Shown: one piece after another, positions 17,633 through 26,042 of the stretch | Layout: every line of letters starts with the position of its first letter | Position numbering within the stretch: position 1 is the stretch's first letter | Source: Candidatus Woesearchaeota archaeon | GTDB taxonomy: Archaea; Nanobdellota; Nanobdellia; Pacearchaeales; GW2011-AR1 | NCBI GenBank assembly: GCA_964408235.1 | Contig: CAYOYN010000001.1 | Span: 13,450-77,449 of the forward strand | DNA length: 64,000 nt | Reading direction: 5' to 3' | Made by a program: the position numbers and the translations under genes | Notes under the pieces: model-generated | What the model saw: the letters and a program-made list of their open reading frames with translations, nothing else | Told to the model about the DNA's origin: nothing | Database searches by the model: none

Positions 17633-18214
17633 ATGGAAGATAAATTAAAAATTTTAGAAGAAGAATTAATTAGGATCGGGTTAAAAATTGCAAAACGTGG
17701 AGAAGGGGCTTTATTTGTAATCGGGGAAGTAGAATATGGGTCATTAGTTGAACAAAATGTTCCCCCATTCAAAGTAATTGATAATCCTAAACTACTCGAA
17801 TCACTTGCATTAATGGATGGTGCTGTAATAATCGACAAAGAAGGACATATGAAAGCATATGGTGTGATGATTAAATCTACAAAAACTTTCAAAAATTTTG
17901 GTACAAGACACAGTGCGGCTATTTCTTCATCAAATGGAGGCAATATTGCAATTTTAGTTTCAGAAGAAGACAAAAAGTTGAGGATATTTAAAGAAGAAAA
18001 AATGATCATGCAGATAGATGCCTTAGAAAAAAATGTTGAACAATCAGTTTCAGGTGCAGTTACTTTACTAGAATCAGTTGGTGCAGGAACTGTCGGAACG
18101 ATAGGCGCAGGAATATTAGTTCCAACTCTGGGGTTAGCAATGCTCCCAGGAATATTAGTTTTTGGTTCAGCTTATTATTTAGGAAAATTGCTAACTAATA
18201 AATTTAAAAGTTAA
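17633..18214 (+). CDS. Diadenylate cyclase (DAC/DisA_N domain; c-di-AMP synthase) with a C-terminal hydrophobic anchor
   Basis: GEGALFVIG...LMDGAVIIDKEGH (DGA motif)...GTRHSAAISSS (RHR-type motif with R to S). Last about 55 aa are Gly/Ala-rich and hydrophobic. Confidence 0.75.
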   Translation: MEDKLKILEEELIRIGLKIAKRGEGALFVIGEVEYGSLVEQNVPPFKVIDNPKLLESLALMDGAVIIDKEGHMKAYGVMIKSTKTFKNFGTRHSAAISSSNGGNIAILVSEEDKKLRIFKEEKMIMQIDALEKNVEQSVSGAVTLLESVGAGTVGTIGAGILVPTLGLAMLPGILVFGSAYYLGKLLTNKFKS

Positions 18215-18273
18215 TACGTGTCCATTTAATTTATAACAGTTTATACCTAAAATTTTTATCTAAATTTCAAATT

Positions 18274-18855
18274 CTATTTAGGCAATTGTCCTGAACCTAA
18301 AGAAGGAGTTTCTAATGAACCTTCATCTGCTTGATAGTATTCTTTCTCACTAAAACCAAACATACCAGCAACCATACTAGAAGGAAATTTCTTTGTAGCA
18401 GTATTGTATTTTTGAATAGATTCAATATATCTTCCCCTTGCTGTTGTGATCCTATTTTGAGTTCCGCTCATTTCATCAGTTAAAGCAATATATTGGGTAT
18501 TTGCTTTGAAAGCAGGATAGTTTTCAGCGACAGCATTAACAAAAGTAGCAACACTATCAGACATTTCTACTCCAGCTTGTTCTTTAGCAGCTAAAGTTTG
18601 AGCATTATCCCAAGATGTACGGGCATCAATAACATCTTTAACAAATTTAGTCTCTGTACTAACAGCACTAGCCACGACAGAAACTAAGTTAGGTATTAGG
18701 TCAGCTTGTCTTTGGTATTGGTTCTCTACTTCACTCCATTTTGCCTCGGTGTCTTGATCTAAACCTACAAAGTTATTGTAAGCACTTACAAAATAAATTC
18801 CTAATATTGCTACAAGAACAATAACTCCAATGATTACTATTCCTTTTGTTTTCAT
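18274..18855 (-). CDS. lemA: LemA family membrane protein
   Basis: N-terminal TM then YNNFVGL...AKWSEVENQYQRQADLIPNLV, matching the LemA consensus. Confidence 0.85.
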   Translation of the reverse strand: MKTKGIVIIGVIVLVAILGIYFVSAYNNFVGLDQDTEAKWSEVENQYQRQADLIPNLVSVVASAVSTETKFVKDVIDARTSWDNAQTLAAKEQAGVEMSDSVATFVNAVAENYPAFKANTQYIALTDEMSGTQNRITTARGRYIESIQKYNTATKKFPSSMVAGMFGFSEKEYYQADEGSLETPSLGSGQLPK

Positions 18856-18885
18856 ATTAATTTCTATTGTTTTTGATTTAAATAA

Positions 18886-19563
18886 CTATCTTCCAGCTCC
18901 TCCGCCGCCAAAACTTCCACCTCCAAAACTATTTCCACTACCTCCAAAATTACTCGGGACAAAAACATTTCTTCCTCTACGGTAGGTCCTATTTCTGCTA
19001 TTTGCAATGGAAACTATGATTACAAATATTATTAATACAATTATCAAAAAAACAATCCAAGAATTATTCTGTTTTCTTCCACTTGTGAGTTCATTTGCAT
19101 TAAGGAGCATTTCTTCCGCAATAGCAAAACTAAATTGCACAATTCCTTCAGATAATTCTCCATTATCTCTGTAAGGCACATAATTCTCATCTAATAGTCT
19201 TCCAATTTTTGAATCTGGTAAAATTCCTTCGACCCCATATCCTACACTTACCCAAATTTTACCTGTTTGGGCGACATATAGAATGACTACTCCGTTGTCT
19301 TTTTCACCTTGGCCAACTCCCCAATCCTCTCCAATCATTACAGCATATTGGCTTATATCATAACCTTCCGTATCATTTACGCTTACAAAAACAACCTGAG
19401 CAGTTGTGTTTTCTTCAATTATTGAGTATATTTGATTTAAAGTATAAATGTCATCAGTTAATAGGATATTCTCAAAATCGTTTACATATCTATCTTCATA
19501 ATTGGGAATTGCTAAGGCAAAAGAAGATAGCAAGACACAAAATAAAATAAAAATAACTTTCAT
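18886..19563 (-). CDS. TPM-domain (TLP18.3/Psb32/YgcG-like) protein with a C-terminal TM and Gly-rich tail
   Basis: Signal peptide, Y.VND...L.., DNGVVILYVAQTGKIWVSVGYGVEG, then TM and GGSGNSFGGGSFGGGGAGR. The pairing with LemA is a conserved neighbourhood. Confidence 0.75.
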   Translation of the reverse strand: MKVIFILFCVLLSSFALAIPNYEDRYVNDFENILLTDDIYTLNQIYSIIEENTTAQVVFVSVNDTEGYDISQYAVMIGEDWGVGQGEKDNGVVILYVAQTGKIWVSVGYGVEGILPDSKIGRLLDENYVPYRDNGELSEGIVQFSFAIAEEMLLNANELTSGRKQNNSWIVFLIIVLIIFVIIVSIANSRNRTYRRGRNVFVPSNFGGSGNSFGGGSFGGGGAGR

Positions 19564-20313
19564 TTACTTAACAAATGGTAAAACCATTCCATAATTGGAA
19601 CTAGACAAACCAAAACTTATAGTTCCATTTGCCCATAATATTAGTAATACTCCTAGAGCTATCATTACTAGTCCTATAAATAGCCTCATCCATTTTTTCT
19701 GTTTATCTTTCCAAGCTTTAACAGATTCTGCAGATACTCCAAATGAAACTATTGTTAATATTATTATCAATGGCAGCACGAATATGAAGTTGTACAAAAC
19801 AAGTAACCAAAATACATGGGAACTGAAACCTATTTTAGCTAATAATGTAGTTATCGCAAGGTAAGGTCCACCAGTACAAGGTAATTCGACAGCAGCAACA
19901 AATATTCCAAGAACAATGCTTCCAGGAACAGAAACTTTTTTCATCATTTTCTTTATTTGCTCTGCGCGTCTAGCAGGAATTGCAAGAGTCATTCCCTTAC
20001 CATACCAGAAAAAGTCCTTTGCTTCTATTATCCCCAATATGATTACTAAAATTCCTACCACCCAACTCAATTGCTCAGATATGTTAAATCTCTGGATAAA
20101 TGCAAGTAATCCAAATCCTGCAATAAGGTAAGTCAAGAAAACAGCGGTAATGTAAATCGTCCCAACTTTAATCATTTTACCTTTATCCTTGCTTAGCCCA
20201 AGTAATGTTGCGATCAATAAAATCAAAACTCCGATCGCGCAAGGGTTGATGGAATCAATTAAAGCTGTGAGTATCACTATAGGTAATGCAGGTAGTGCAA
20301 TTTCAGCAGCCAT
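19564..20313 (-). CDS. ccdA: Cytochrome c-type biogenesis protein CcdA / DsbD-core family thiol-disulfide transporter
   Basis: Six TM helices. DSINPCAIGVL motif and a second Cys in VELPCTGGPYL. Abuts the TPM gene with zero gap. Confidence 0.75.
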   Translation of the reverse strand: MAAEIALPALPIVILTALIDSINPCAIGVLILLIATLLGLSKDKGKMIKVGTIYITAVFLTYLIAGFGLLAFIQRFNISEQLSWVVGILVIILGIIEAKDFFWYGKGMTLAIPARRAEQIKKMMKKVSVPGSIVLGIFVAAVELPCTGGPYLAITTLLAKIGFSSHVFWLLVLYNFIFVLPLIIILTIVSFGVSAESVKAWKDKQKKWMRLFIGLVMIALGVLLILWANGTISFGLSSSNYGMVLPFVK

Positions 20314-20314
20314 A

Positions 20315-20734
20315 TTATTTAGCCTCTGGAGCTACACAACCAGTAGCCTGAGCCAATTCCTCAAATGTTGGCTCTCCAATTAATCTTGTAGATGGGTCAT
20401 TATTAAATTCGAAAGTAGCATAACTCTCTATCTCCTTTTCAATACAAAGTAATGACTGTTCATTATCTCCACGAGGGTCGCATTCAACATAGTCTATATA
20501 TCTAAAAGATTCGCCAAACATCTTTTTAACTTTAGAGCAGTGAGGACACCAAAATGCGCCGTACATTACAGCACCTTTTTCAGTTATACATTGAGCAAAA
20601 GAATCAATGTCCTCTTGAGAATAACTTGGACTAGATTTAACCGCAAATAGGAGTATTGTAATTACTGCTAAAATTACTAATATTCCCACAATCATCATTC
20701 CCTTTCCTCTTTTTTTAGTTTCTTTTTTAACCAT
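20315..20734 (-). CDS. Membrane-anchored thioredoxin-fold thiol-disulfide oxidoreductase (CPHC active site)
   Basis: N-terminal TM. GAFWCPHCSKVKKMF active-site motif. Confidence 0.7.
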   Translation of the reverse strand: MVKKETKKRGKGMMIVGILVILAVITILLFAVKSSPSYSQEDIDSFAQCITEKGAVMYGAFWCPHCSKVKKMFGESFRYIDYVECDPRGDNEQSLLCIEKEIESYATFEFNNDPSTRLIGEPTFEELAQATGCVAPEAK

Positions 20735-21242
20735 TTTTTATTTTAAATGAAAGTACCAGAGCGACTATTATCATCAAATCTAGCGCAAGGCAAAATATGC
20801 AATAAGTTTTTAGGATTGAATGTTGTATTAGAAACAGGTAAAACCCATACAATGCTCCAAACACCATTATTCCTCTTATCCATTTTGTATTGCTCTTCTT
20901 CCCGATAAAGAGAAACTTGTCCTTTTTATAGTTTAAGTTTAACATTAAAACAAAAAATAAAGTTAATAATCCAAGAAAAGCGTTAGTCGTTATAAAATCA
21001 AAGAACCAATTTATTCCTGAGATATCAATCAAAGGTAAAGGTAAATCAAAATCAATTGTCAACAAATAAGACAACCCATCTAAGTTAGCATAAGGGCTTT
21101 TATTTACTATTCCGCAATTGAATCCTTCCCCAAATGTACAAAATTTAGAGGCACTTTCAGAAAAATGTTCATAAATTAAAAAAGCAGAAATTAAAATTCC
21201 AATTACTAAAAATATGCTCAATGCTTTTCTTGTCTTAGTCAT
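20727..21242 (-). CDS. VKOR-like (vitamin K epoxide reductase family) membrane protein
   Basis: Four or five TM helices. Loop Cys pair (FCTFGEGFNCG) and CxxC in a TM helix (CIFCLALD). Overlaps neighbours by 8 and 4 nt. Confidence 0.5.
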   Translation of the reverse strand: MTKTRKALSIFLVIGILISAFLIYEHFSESASKFCTFGEGFNCGIVNKSPYANLDGLSYLLTIDFDLPLPLIDISGINWFFDFITTNAFLGLLTLFFVLMLNLNYKKDKFLFIGKKSNTKWIRGIMVFGALYGFYLFLIQHSILKTYCIFCLALDLMIIVALVLSFKIKNG

Positions 21243-21688
21243 TTCGTTTTTCTCTCCCTATCACGAGCATGACTTCCTACAATCATGCCAGCACCAATCA
21301 ATATCAAATTCTTTATTATGTATTGGCCTTCAAGAGTCATTACAAATGGGAACTTTATATAGATTACTTCAGGTAGCAAAATAAGAGGCAAGAATGTACC
21401 AATCATTTGCATAGCCATCAAAAACAATCCTACTCTAAGAAGTGGCCTAAATAAGATACAAATTCCAATAGCAACTTCCCACCACCCCAAAAATGGAACG
21501 AACCAACTAGGATCTACAAAATAAACTGTTTTCATAACTAGATCATTAGCACTACTTAATCCTAATGGTTTCAATATCCCAAACCAAATAAATACAAGTG
21601 CAAGGGAATATTTCAAGAAGTAATATCCGTGATGTTTAAGCCAATCAGTTACTTCCTTATCAACATGATCAATTTTACGATTCATCAT
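21239..21688 (-). CDS. DoxX/DUF417-like small membrane protein
   Basis: Four TM helices. FIWFGILKP motif typical of the DoxX/YkgB superfamily. Confidence 0.45.
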   Translation of the reverse strand: MMNRKIDHVDKEVTDWLKHHGYYFLKYSLALVFIWFGILKPLGLSSANDLVMKTVYFVDPSWFVPFLGWWEVAIGICILFRPLLRVGLFLMAMQMIGTFLPLILLPEVIYIKFPFVMTLEGQYIIKNLILIGAGMIVGSHARDRERKTK

Positions 21689-21772
21689 TCCTCAAGAAAA
21701 ACAATCTTTCCATCTTTAAAAATTGTTTTATTCTATAATAATTGTTATAAACGGAGAGATTTTTTAACTTTA

Positions 21773-22669
21773 ATGAATAATTATTTTGATAGCCCTCAAA
21801 AAGAAGCCTTAGATATAGCAGTGGGAATTAGAAGAAAATTGCTTGAGGGAAATGAAGATATTATTTCAGTTTTAAGAAATTGTTTAGTGGTAGCAACTAA
21901 TCTTTCAAGAAAAGATGATATTAAATGGATAAAAAATGAAATAGAGGGAAAATTTACAAATATTCCAGAATATAGAAAGATAAACTGTCCAGATCGCTAT
22001 AACGATAATTTGAAAAAATGCGAAGTACCATTTGAGATAAAAATTTTATATGATTTCTCGGCAAAAGAAAAAGATCTAATTTATGAAGATTCTCAAGCAA
22101 AAATACGTCCCGTAGATAGTAGGAGAATAATAGATAAAGTTACAAACAAATGCTTATTTTTCTTAAACGACTGTATTGCAGATCTTCAGTATGGAGGACA
22201 TATGCAATCTTTATTTGACGAAATAAGAGGTGAAGTAGATAAGCAGATTGGGGATATTGATGAAAGGATCACCCAGGAATTGCAATCAGTTTACATAAAT
22301 CTTAAGAGTAAAAACCCCTCAGACTATCCAAAAGTATCTCTTTCTTGCAGAAAGATTTTGAAATATGTCGCAGATAAAGTTTTTCCCCCGCAAGATTATA
22401 AATATAAAACAAAAGATGGTAGAGAATGGATTGTTAAGGATAGTAATTTTAGAAACAGATTGGTTTGTTTTATAGATAGAAATTCAGGATCTAAAATAGT
22501 ACGTGGGGAGTGTGAGATGATCGAAATTTATTTTAAGGAACTCATAGAGGATGTCCAAGATGGAGTTCATAAGGATTTATCATTGCACGATGCAGGTATG
22601 ATTGCCTTGCATACTTACCTTGTAATTGCAGAAGTTTTATCAATTTGGTCGAAAATCGTGAAAAAATAA
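21773..22669 (+). CDS. Hypothetical 299-aa cytoplasmic protein adjacent to tRNA-Ser (possible Abi/HEPN-like accessory protein, unconfirmed)
   Basis: Likely start at ATG 21773 (MNNYFDSPQKE). The track ORF 21629 would overlap the DoxX gene. Ends 3 nt from the tRNA-Ser 3' end. No recognised catalytic motif. Confidence 0.5.
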   Translation: MNNYFDSPQKEALDIAVGIRRKLLEGNEDIISVLRNCLVVATNLSRKDDIKWIKNEIEGKFTNIPEYRKINCPDRYNDNLKKCEVPFEIKILYDFSAKEKDLIYEDSQAKIRPVDSRRIIDKVTNKCLFFLNDCIADLQYGGHMQSLFDEIRGEVDKQIGDIDERITQELQSVYINLKSKNPSDYPKVSLSCRKILKYVADKVFPPQDYKYKTKDGREWIVKDSNFRNRLVCFIDRNSGSKIVRGECEMIEIYFKELIEDVQDGVHKDLSLHDAGMIALHTYLVIAEVLSIWSKIVKK

Positions 22670-22671
22670 AA

Positions 22672-22755
22672 CGCCCAGACCCGGATTTGAACCGGGGAAT
22701 CCTTTTGGGAAACGGGATTAGCAATCCCGCGCCGTAACCGCTGGGCCATCTGGGC
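22672..22755 (-). tRNA. tRNA-Ser (anticodon GCT), class II with long variable arm
   Basis: Manual fold of the reverse complement. Acceptor GCCCAGA/TCTGGGC. 3-bp D-stem. Anticodon stem CGGGA/TCCCG with loop TTGCTAA. 16-nt variable arm. T-arm CCCGG-TTCAAAT-CCGGG. Discriminator G. Confidence 0.75.
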
Positions 22756-22841
22756 TTTTATAAAAAATAATGAACATTAATGACTTTTAAGTCTATCCTT
22801 TTAGATAACAATCAATAAATAGAGAATTACTAAGAATTTTC

Positions 22842-23444
22842 ATGGATTTCCAATTAACGAAGGATGAAATAAGAATTACAAAATTTGGAGGATTCTATGT
22901 TCCTATACATCCAAGATTATTTGATCCTAATTTAAAATTTGATCCAGAACTAGGGAGTAAGACATTTCGAGAGATACCTTCAAGTTGGCACGATGAGTTA
23001 AGGGCTTATTTGAGCGGTCTAAAAGAAGAAGATGAAAATTTAGAATTTTTTAGAAGAGAGTTCTTAAAAAAAAGAAAACCAAAAATAATCAAAGAATATG
23101 GCGAACAAAGGCTAGATACAATCCCTTCATGGAGTGATAGGGTTCATACTGATGAAAGGGGTTTTGCTACATCTTTAATGATAAATAGAAATGGAGGAGG
23201 ATCGCTCTATTATACAATAGGGGATAGATGCTGCGAAAAAGGGGTGACTCTGACAGGGGAAAATAACATCTTCTTTAATCTAGATGCCTCAAAAATAGAG
23301 CAATTAGTACACGAAAAGCATGGAGAATATGGAGAAATAAGGGTTTATGCACAGCATAACGTAGACTATTTTCCCGGAGCATTATTTTTGAGAAACTGGG
23401 CGCTAGCTTACGTTAATGCGGCAATGAAGTCCATTGAACAGTAA
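22842..23444 (+). CDS. Hypothetical protein (200 aa)
   Basis: Clean ORF on the 5' flank of tRNA-Ser. No recognised domain. Confidence 0.45.
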   Translation: MDFQLTKDEIRITKFGGFYVPIHPRLFDPNLKFDPELGSKTFREIPSSWHDELRAYLSGLKEEDENLEFFRREFLKKRKPKIIKEYGEQRLDTIPSWSDRVHTDERGFATSLMINRNGGGSLYYTIGDRCCEKGVTLTGENNIFFNLDASKIEQLVHEKHGEYGEIRVYAQHNVDYFPGALFLRNWALAYVNAAMKSIEQ

Positions 23445-23501
23445 AAACATAGTCTTAAATACTCAAAATTAGCATATTTTGACAGGCGAGAGCCCTAATA
23501 A

Positions 23502-23774
23502 GTGAACGGAGGAAAAAGCAAGAATATGGAAAGAAGATTTGGCGGAAACGGCGAAAGAAGATCATTCGGCGGTGGACGCAGTTTTGGCGGACCTAGAAGA
23601 TTTAATTCAGGCCCAAGAGAAATGCACAAGGCAGTTTGTTCAGAATGTAAGCAGGAATGCGAAGTTCCTTTCAAACCAACCGAAGGAAGACCAGTACTTT
23701 GTTTAAACTGCTTCAAGAAGAAGCGTGATAGCGAAGGCGGATTCCAAAGAAACGATAGAGATTCAGATCATTAA
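23502..23774 (+). CDS. Small RGG/RG-rich protein with a C-terminal CxxC...CxxC zinc ribbon (putative nucleic-acid-binding)
   Basis: RRFGGNGERRSFGGGRSFGGPRRF followed by CSECKQECEVPF...CLNCF. The antisense ORF 23495..23716 is judged spurious. Confidence 0.6.
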   Translation: MNGGKSKNMERRFGGNGERRSFGGGRSFGGPRRFNSGPREMHKAVCSECKQECEVPFKPTEGRPVLCLNCFKKKRDSEGGFQRNDRDSDH

Positions 23775-23803
23775 TTGATCAAATCTTAAAAATTATTTAT
23801 TTT

Positions 23804-24403
23804 TTATTTACTATTTTTATATATTTTATTTGCAACGAATGCACCTAATAGTGCTCCAAACATGTTGAATATCAAGTCTAGTCCTGTGTTGTATACGTCC
23901 CCCACTCCAGTTTCAGCAAGGGCAACAAATGCAATAAACTCTACTACTTCATTAAGGGCACCAAGACCCATACTACCAATCCAAGCCAAAAATATCATTA
24001 GTTTAGGGGACTTAGGGGCAATAGAACCTGTGGCAATTATTAATTGATAAACTAAGATTGCAGAAACAAAGAATCCATAAAAATGAATCAATTGATCCAT
24101 TTTCAAAATGTAAAACTGCCCACCCTTATCAATTATATCAATCAAATGTAAAGAGTATACGGTTTTACCAGCAACTTTAATTCCTCCTCCGATTAAGTGT
24201 ACTAAACCCCATATAGAAAGCAACCACAACACTAAATTATCAAATTTTGAGCGATTCAAATTAAGGCCAATAATCAACCCTAGAATCACAATAACTGAAA
24301 TATAAATTAAGAATTCATAATTTCTTAGGCTTAGATAATATAATGTAAATGGTAAGAGGTATAACAAATTAAATAAAATTATGTAAATGTGGGCCTTCTT
24401 CAT
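23804..24403 (-). CDS. Polytopic membrane protein (199 aa, about 6 TM)
   Basis: Hydropathy only. Confidence 0.45.
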   Translation of the reverse strand: MKKAHIYIILFNLLYLLPFTLYYLSLRNYEFLIYISVIVILGLIIGLNLNRSKFDNLVLWLLSIWGLVHLIGGGIKVAGKTVYSLHLIDIIDKGGQFYILKMDQLIHFYGFFVSAILVYQLIIATGSIAPKSPKLMIFLAWIGSMGLGALNEVVEFIAFVALAETGVGDVYNTGLDLIFNMFGALLGAFVANKIYKNSK

Positions 24404-24433
24404 AATTAGTAAAAATAAAACTTATTGATAAAC

Positions 24434-24865
24434 TTATTGTCTTCTGAAATAAAGGTCTACATCAGAGACTAGTTGATCTCCAATGTGATATGCTAAACCC
24501 ATTTCAAAAACTGCATCTTTTCCTCTAATTGTTTCTAAAGAAGGTAGTTTTGCAACAATTTCTGCAAGAGAAGCGCCTCTCATCTGTTCAATACTTTGAT
24601 ACTGTATTCGAAGACTTGCCTCTTTATCATATTCTTTGATATCAATTTGATTTCCAGCAGATGGAAATAATAGAAATGATGGGGAAAACACGCTGTTTGA
24701 AATTATATTATGTAATCTTCCTCTTGGTCTTCCTGTATAGATTAATGAATGGACTCCGCAGTTTTCCTGCCATTCAAATCTTCCAGCAAATTTAGCACTA
24801 GCCAAGAATTCTTCTAAAAGCGAAGAATTTCCTTTTACGTCATTTCCAAGTAATAATTTATCCAT
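24434..24865 (-). CDS. Hypothetical protein (143 aa)
   Basis: ORF only. Confidence 0.35.
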   Translation of the reverse strand: MDKLLLGNDVKGNSSLLEEFLASAKFAGRFEWQENCGVHSLIYTGRPRGRLHNIISNSVFSPSFLLFPSAGNQIDIKEYDKEASLRIQYQSIEQMRGASLAEIVAKLPSLETIRGKDAVFEMGLAYHIGDQLVSDVDLYFRRQ

Positions 24866-24928
24866 ATTAAGGAGTTTAATGTAAAAATGAGCGTATTTAA
24901 ACCTTTCAAGCCCATTCCAAAGCGAGGG

Positions 24929-24936
24929 TTTAAAAG
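24929..24936 (+). promoter_or_regulatory. TATA-box-like element (TTTAAAAG) about 28 nt upstream of tRNA-Met
   Basis: Position and sequence fit the archaeal TATA consensus. Confidence 0.35.
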
Positions 24937-24959
24937 TATCTCGAAGTCAATATTTACAT

Positions 24960-25035
24960 AGCGGGATGGAGCAGCCTGGAGTGCTCACCGGGCCCATAAC
25001 CCGGAGGTCGTGTGGTTCAAATCCCACTCCCGCTA
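24960..25035 (+). tRNA. tRNA-Met (anticodon CAT) with initiator-like features and an irregular T-stem
   Basis: Acceptor AGCGGGA/TCCCGCT with an A1:U72 pair. D-arm GAGC/GCTC. Anticodon stem CCGGG/CCCGG (three G-C pairs) with loop CCCATAA. T-loop GGTTCAAATCC, but the 5' T-stem strand reads GTGTGG, implying a bulged T or only a 4-bp stem. Confidence 0.6.
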
Positions 25036-25376
25036 TAAACATTTTCCGTAGCGAGTCTCCGAGCATGTTGAGGAGAGTCGAGCAAGAGAAAATAGTTTAC
25101 TCAATTTTTCAAATACTTCAAAATCAAATAAGTTGTAACTCAAGAATAGATACATTTAAATATTTTAAACAACTATCAAAAATATGTGTTTAGGTTGTGG
25201 ATTTTCAGATCATGAAGGAAATATTCAATACGCTAGAAATAGTGGTAACAGTCCAGAAATGATGGTAGTTCCTAGAGAGTATGTTTCAAGAACTTATTCT
25301 AGAGATATAGCTTACTAAACAAAGATTCTCATATATTTTCAGATAATAATATAAACAAAAAAATTAGCTACTTTTT

Positions 25377-26042
25377 ATGTATTTATTAGGGATAGATGAC
25401 GCGGGCAGAGGCCCAATACTAGGTCCAATGTATCTAGCAGGAGTTCTAATAAAAGAAACAGAAAACTCTAAGCTAAAAGACTTAGGAGCAAAGGATTCAA
25501 AATTACTAGTTCATTCTCAAAGACTTAAAATAGCAAAGGAAGTCAAAAACATAGCTAAATTCCATATAGTTGAAAGTTCTCCAAAAGAGATAGACGATGC
25601 AGTAGAAACAATTAATCTAAACACCCTAGAAGCAAAAGAAGCAGCGATTATAATTAATAAATTAAATAACCAAAAAGATAAAATAAAAGTTATAGTTGAT
25701 TGCCCGTCAGTAAATACGGAAGCATGGAAGAATAAAATGGTTTCTTTCATAGATTACACAGATAATCTAACAATTTTGTGCGAGCATAAGGCGGATTTCA
25801 ATCATCCTGTTGTAGGGGCAGCTTCAATTCTAGCAAAAGTTTCACGTGAAGAAGCAGTCTCAAAAATAAAAGAAGAATTTGGAAATATAGGATCAGGTTA
25901 TCCTTCGGATCCGGTAACTATTGAATTCATAAAATCTAAAGGAAGAGATTTAGAAAAAACAGGGATAGTAAGAACGAGTTGGGCAACTTGGAAGAAAATG
26001 TATCCTTCTTCCTCAAAACAAAATCAAAAGAAATTATTCTAA
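25377..26042 (+). CDS. rnhB: Ribonuclease HII
   Basis: N-terminal GIDDAGRGPILGPMYLAGV catalytic motif, plus the DSK and HPVVGAASILAK motifs. Confidence 0.9.
   Translation: MYLLGIDDAGRGPILGPMYLAGVLIKETENSKLKDLGAKDSKLLVHSQRLKIAKEVKNIAKFHIVESSPKEIDDAVETINLNTLEAKEAAIIINKLNNQKDKIKVIVDCPSVNTEAWKNKMVSFIDYTDNLTILCEHKADFNHPVVGAASILAKVSREEAVSKIKEEFGNIGSGYPSDPVTIEFIKSKGRDLEKTGIVRTSWATWKKMYPSSSKQNQKKLF

Noticed and set aside
17605-18009. 134-aa minus ORF overlapping the diadenylate cyclase gene
   Set aside because: The + strand carries unmistakable DAC motifs. The antisense ORF is low-complexity.
19595-20383. Three + ORFs (19595..19864, 19916..20131, 20189..20383) antisense to ccdA
   Set aside because: Shadow ORFs within a TM protein gene.
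23495-24047. Minus ORF 23495..23716 (Pro/Leu-rich) and + ORF 23862..24047
   Set aside because: The first is the antisense reading of the RGG-coding repeats. The second is antisense to a TM protein gene.
25517-25750. 77-aa minus ORF within rnhB
   Set aside because: Antisense to the conserved RNase HII.
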